Shown piece after piece: positions 63,096 to 64,000 of a DNA stretch of 64,000 bases. The DNA comes from Klebsormidium nitens (lineage: Eukaryota; Plantae; Klebsormidiophyceae), in assembly GCA_000708835.1 (NCBI GenBank), contig DF236981.1:186001-250000 (forward strand), given 5' to 3'. The position numbers were made by a program, and so were the translations under genes. Position 1 is the stretch's first letter; every line of letters starts with the position of its first letter. Below the pieces are notes generated by a model, which saw only the letters and a list, made by a program, of their open reading frames with translations, did no database searches and was not told the DNA's origin.

Positions 63096-64000
63096 CTAAG
63101 CGTGGGCGATCCCGTTTGCTTTTGCCTTGCTCGGGCCTCCCGGACTCCGCGACTCAATTGCTTTTATGAATGCCGTCGAGTCGGCAATCGCCCCGAAGAC
63201 GCCTCCCTGCATCTTGATCATGTTGTGAGCCGCCAAGTGGTTGGCAGGGTCGGTTGCCCCGGTGCAGTCCGTCAATAAAAGGCACTCGTAGCTGCACAGA
63301 AAGGGTGACTCGGTCGGTGAGGTCAAGCTTCTTACGAGGGCATAAGCAGCGTACTACTTTCCTCAGTGTACGCAAGCGTCCATCAAACGAAAACGAAATA
63401 ACAAAGAAACGAGATTCCATGCGCCGAACGAGCCGCCGGAAAAAGGTTGCCGTGAATTCCGATGGGATGGCACGAGTCTGCCTCGTATCTCTGATTGGAT
63501 GGTAAACCTCCAGGTCAGACGCTCACAGAAAGGGCAGTCCTCGCAAGTCGCTTGCAGCAAAACATCAACGAAACGCACGTGATTGATTGCGGTAGAAAGC
63601 AGGGCCGTCAATGCAGAAGATGTTACAAAAGTCATTCATATAGGAAAAAAGGGTTCATCCGCGAAAATTCACAAAGAAACCCAAATGCTGGCCGATATGT
63701 TTAAAAACCTTGACGCTACTTGACGCAATCTTCTGAGACACGGACCTTATACGCCTGATCTGGCCAAAACGCGTCTTTGGCAACGGACGCTTTGCTGCAG
63801 TCCACCGACTTAAGAGTGAACTTCCACGATCCAAGAAGCCGGTGCCTTCTATGGTTAGTTTCGGTAACGGTTCCTAAGACTGATGTGAACGGATCGAAGC
63901 AAAGTCCACTCACCCCCGGTCGTTGGCGTCGCGCATCGTGGTGTGGACGCAGACGTCGGTAGTGATTCCTGCCAGCACGATGTTCTGGATCTTGGCGAGC
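63096..64000 (-). CDS. biuH-like: Isochorismatase-family cysteine hydrolase, biuret hydrolase (BiuH)-like, 3' part (truncated by window); exons 63914->64000 and 63096-63291
   Basis: [64 protein letters not shown]; catalytic Cys in TDVCV and the KMQGGVFG motif. Confidence 0.85.

Overview
Intron-rich eukaryotic nuclear DNA with GC-rich exons and plant-like proteins. The source is probably a streptophyte (charophyte) green alga such as Klebsormidium; this is inferred from composition and protein families, not verified. Exon chains were rebuilt by hand with splice-phase checks for ten genes: cytosolic aspartyl-tRNA synthetase (3' part, +); a 4x CxxC...CxxC zinc-finger-repeat protein (-); an At4g18490-like protein (+) whose last intron appears to be U12 AT-AC; DDB1 (-) with a U12 GT-AG first intron; a HINT protein with a spliced organellar transit peptide (+); chloroplast NADP-malate dehydrogenase (-); an ILR1/ILL-like M20D amidohydrolase (+); Misato/DML1 (+) with a 3.9-kb intron; a ~1700-aa disordered protein carrying a degenerate NmrA-like domain (+); and the 3' end of a biuret-hydrolase-like isochorismatase (-). 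The most striking pattern is that many introns contain degenerate tandem copies of the neighbouring exon/intron boundary (AspRS, five DDB1 sites, M20, NmrA-like). In the M20 gene a whole exon is duplicated into two intact, same-phase, apparently mutually exclusive exons, each carrying the AEDF motif and a metal-ligand His. No tRNA, rRNA, CRISPR array or intact transposon was seen.
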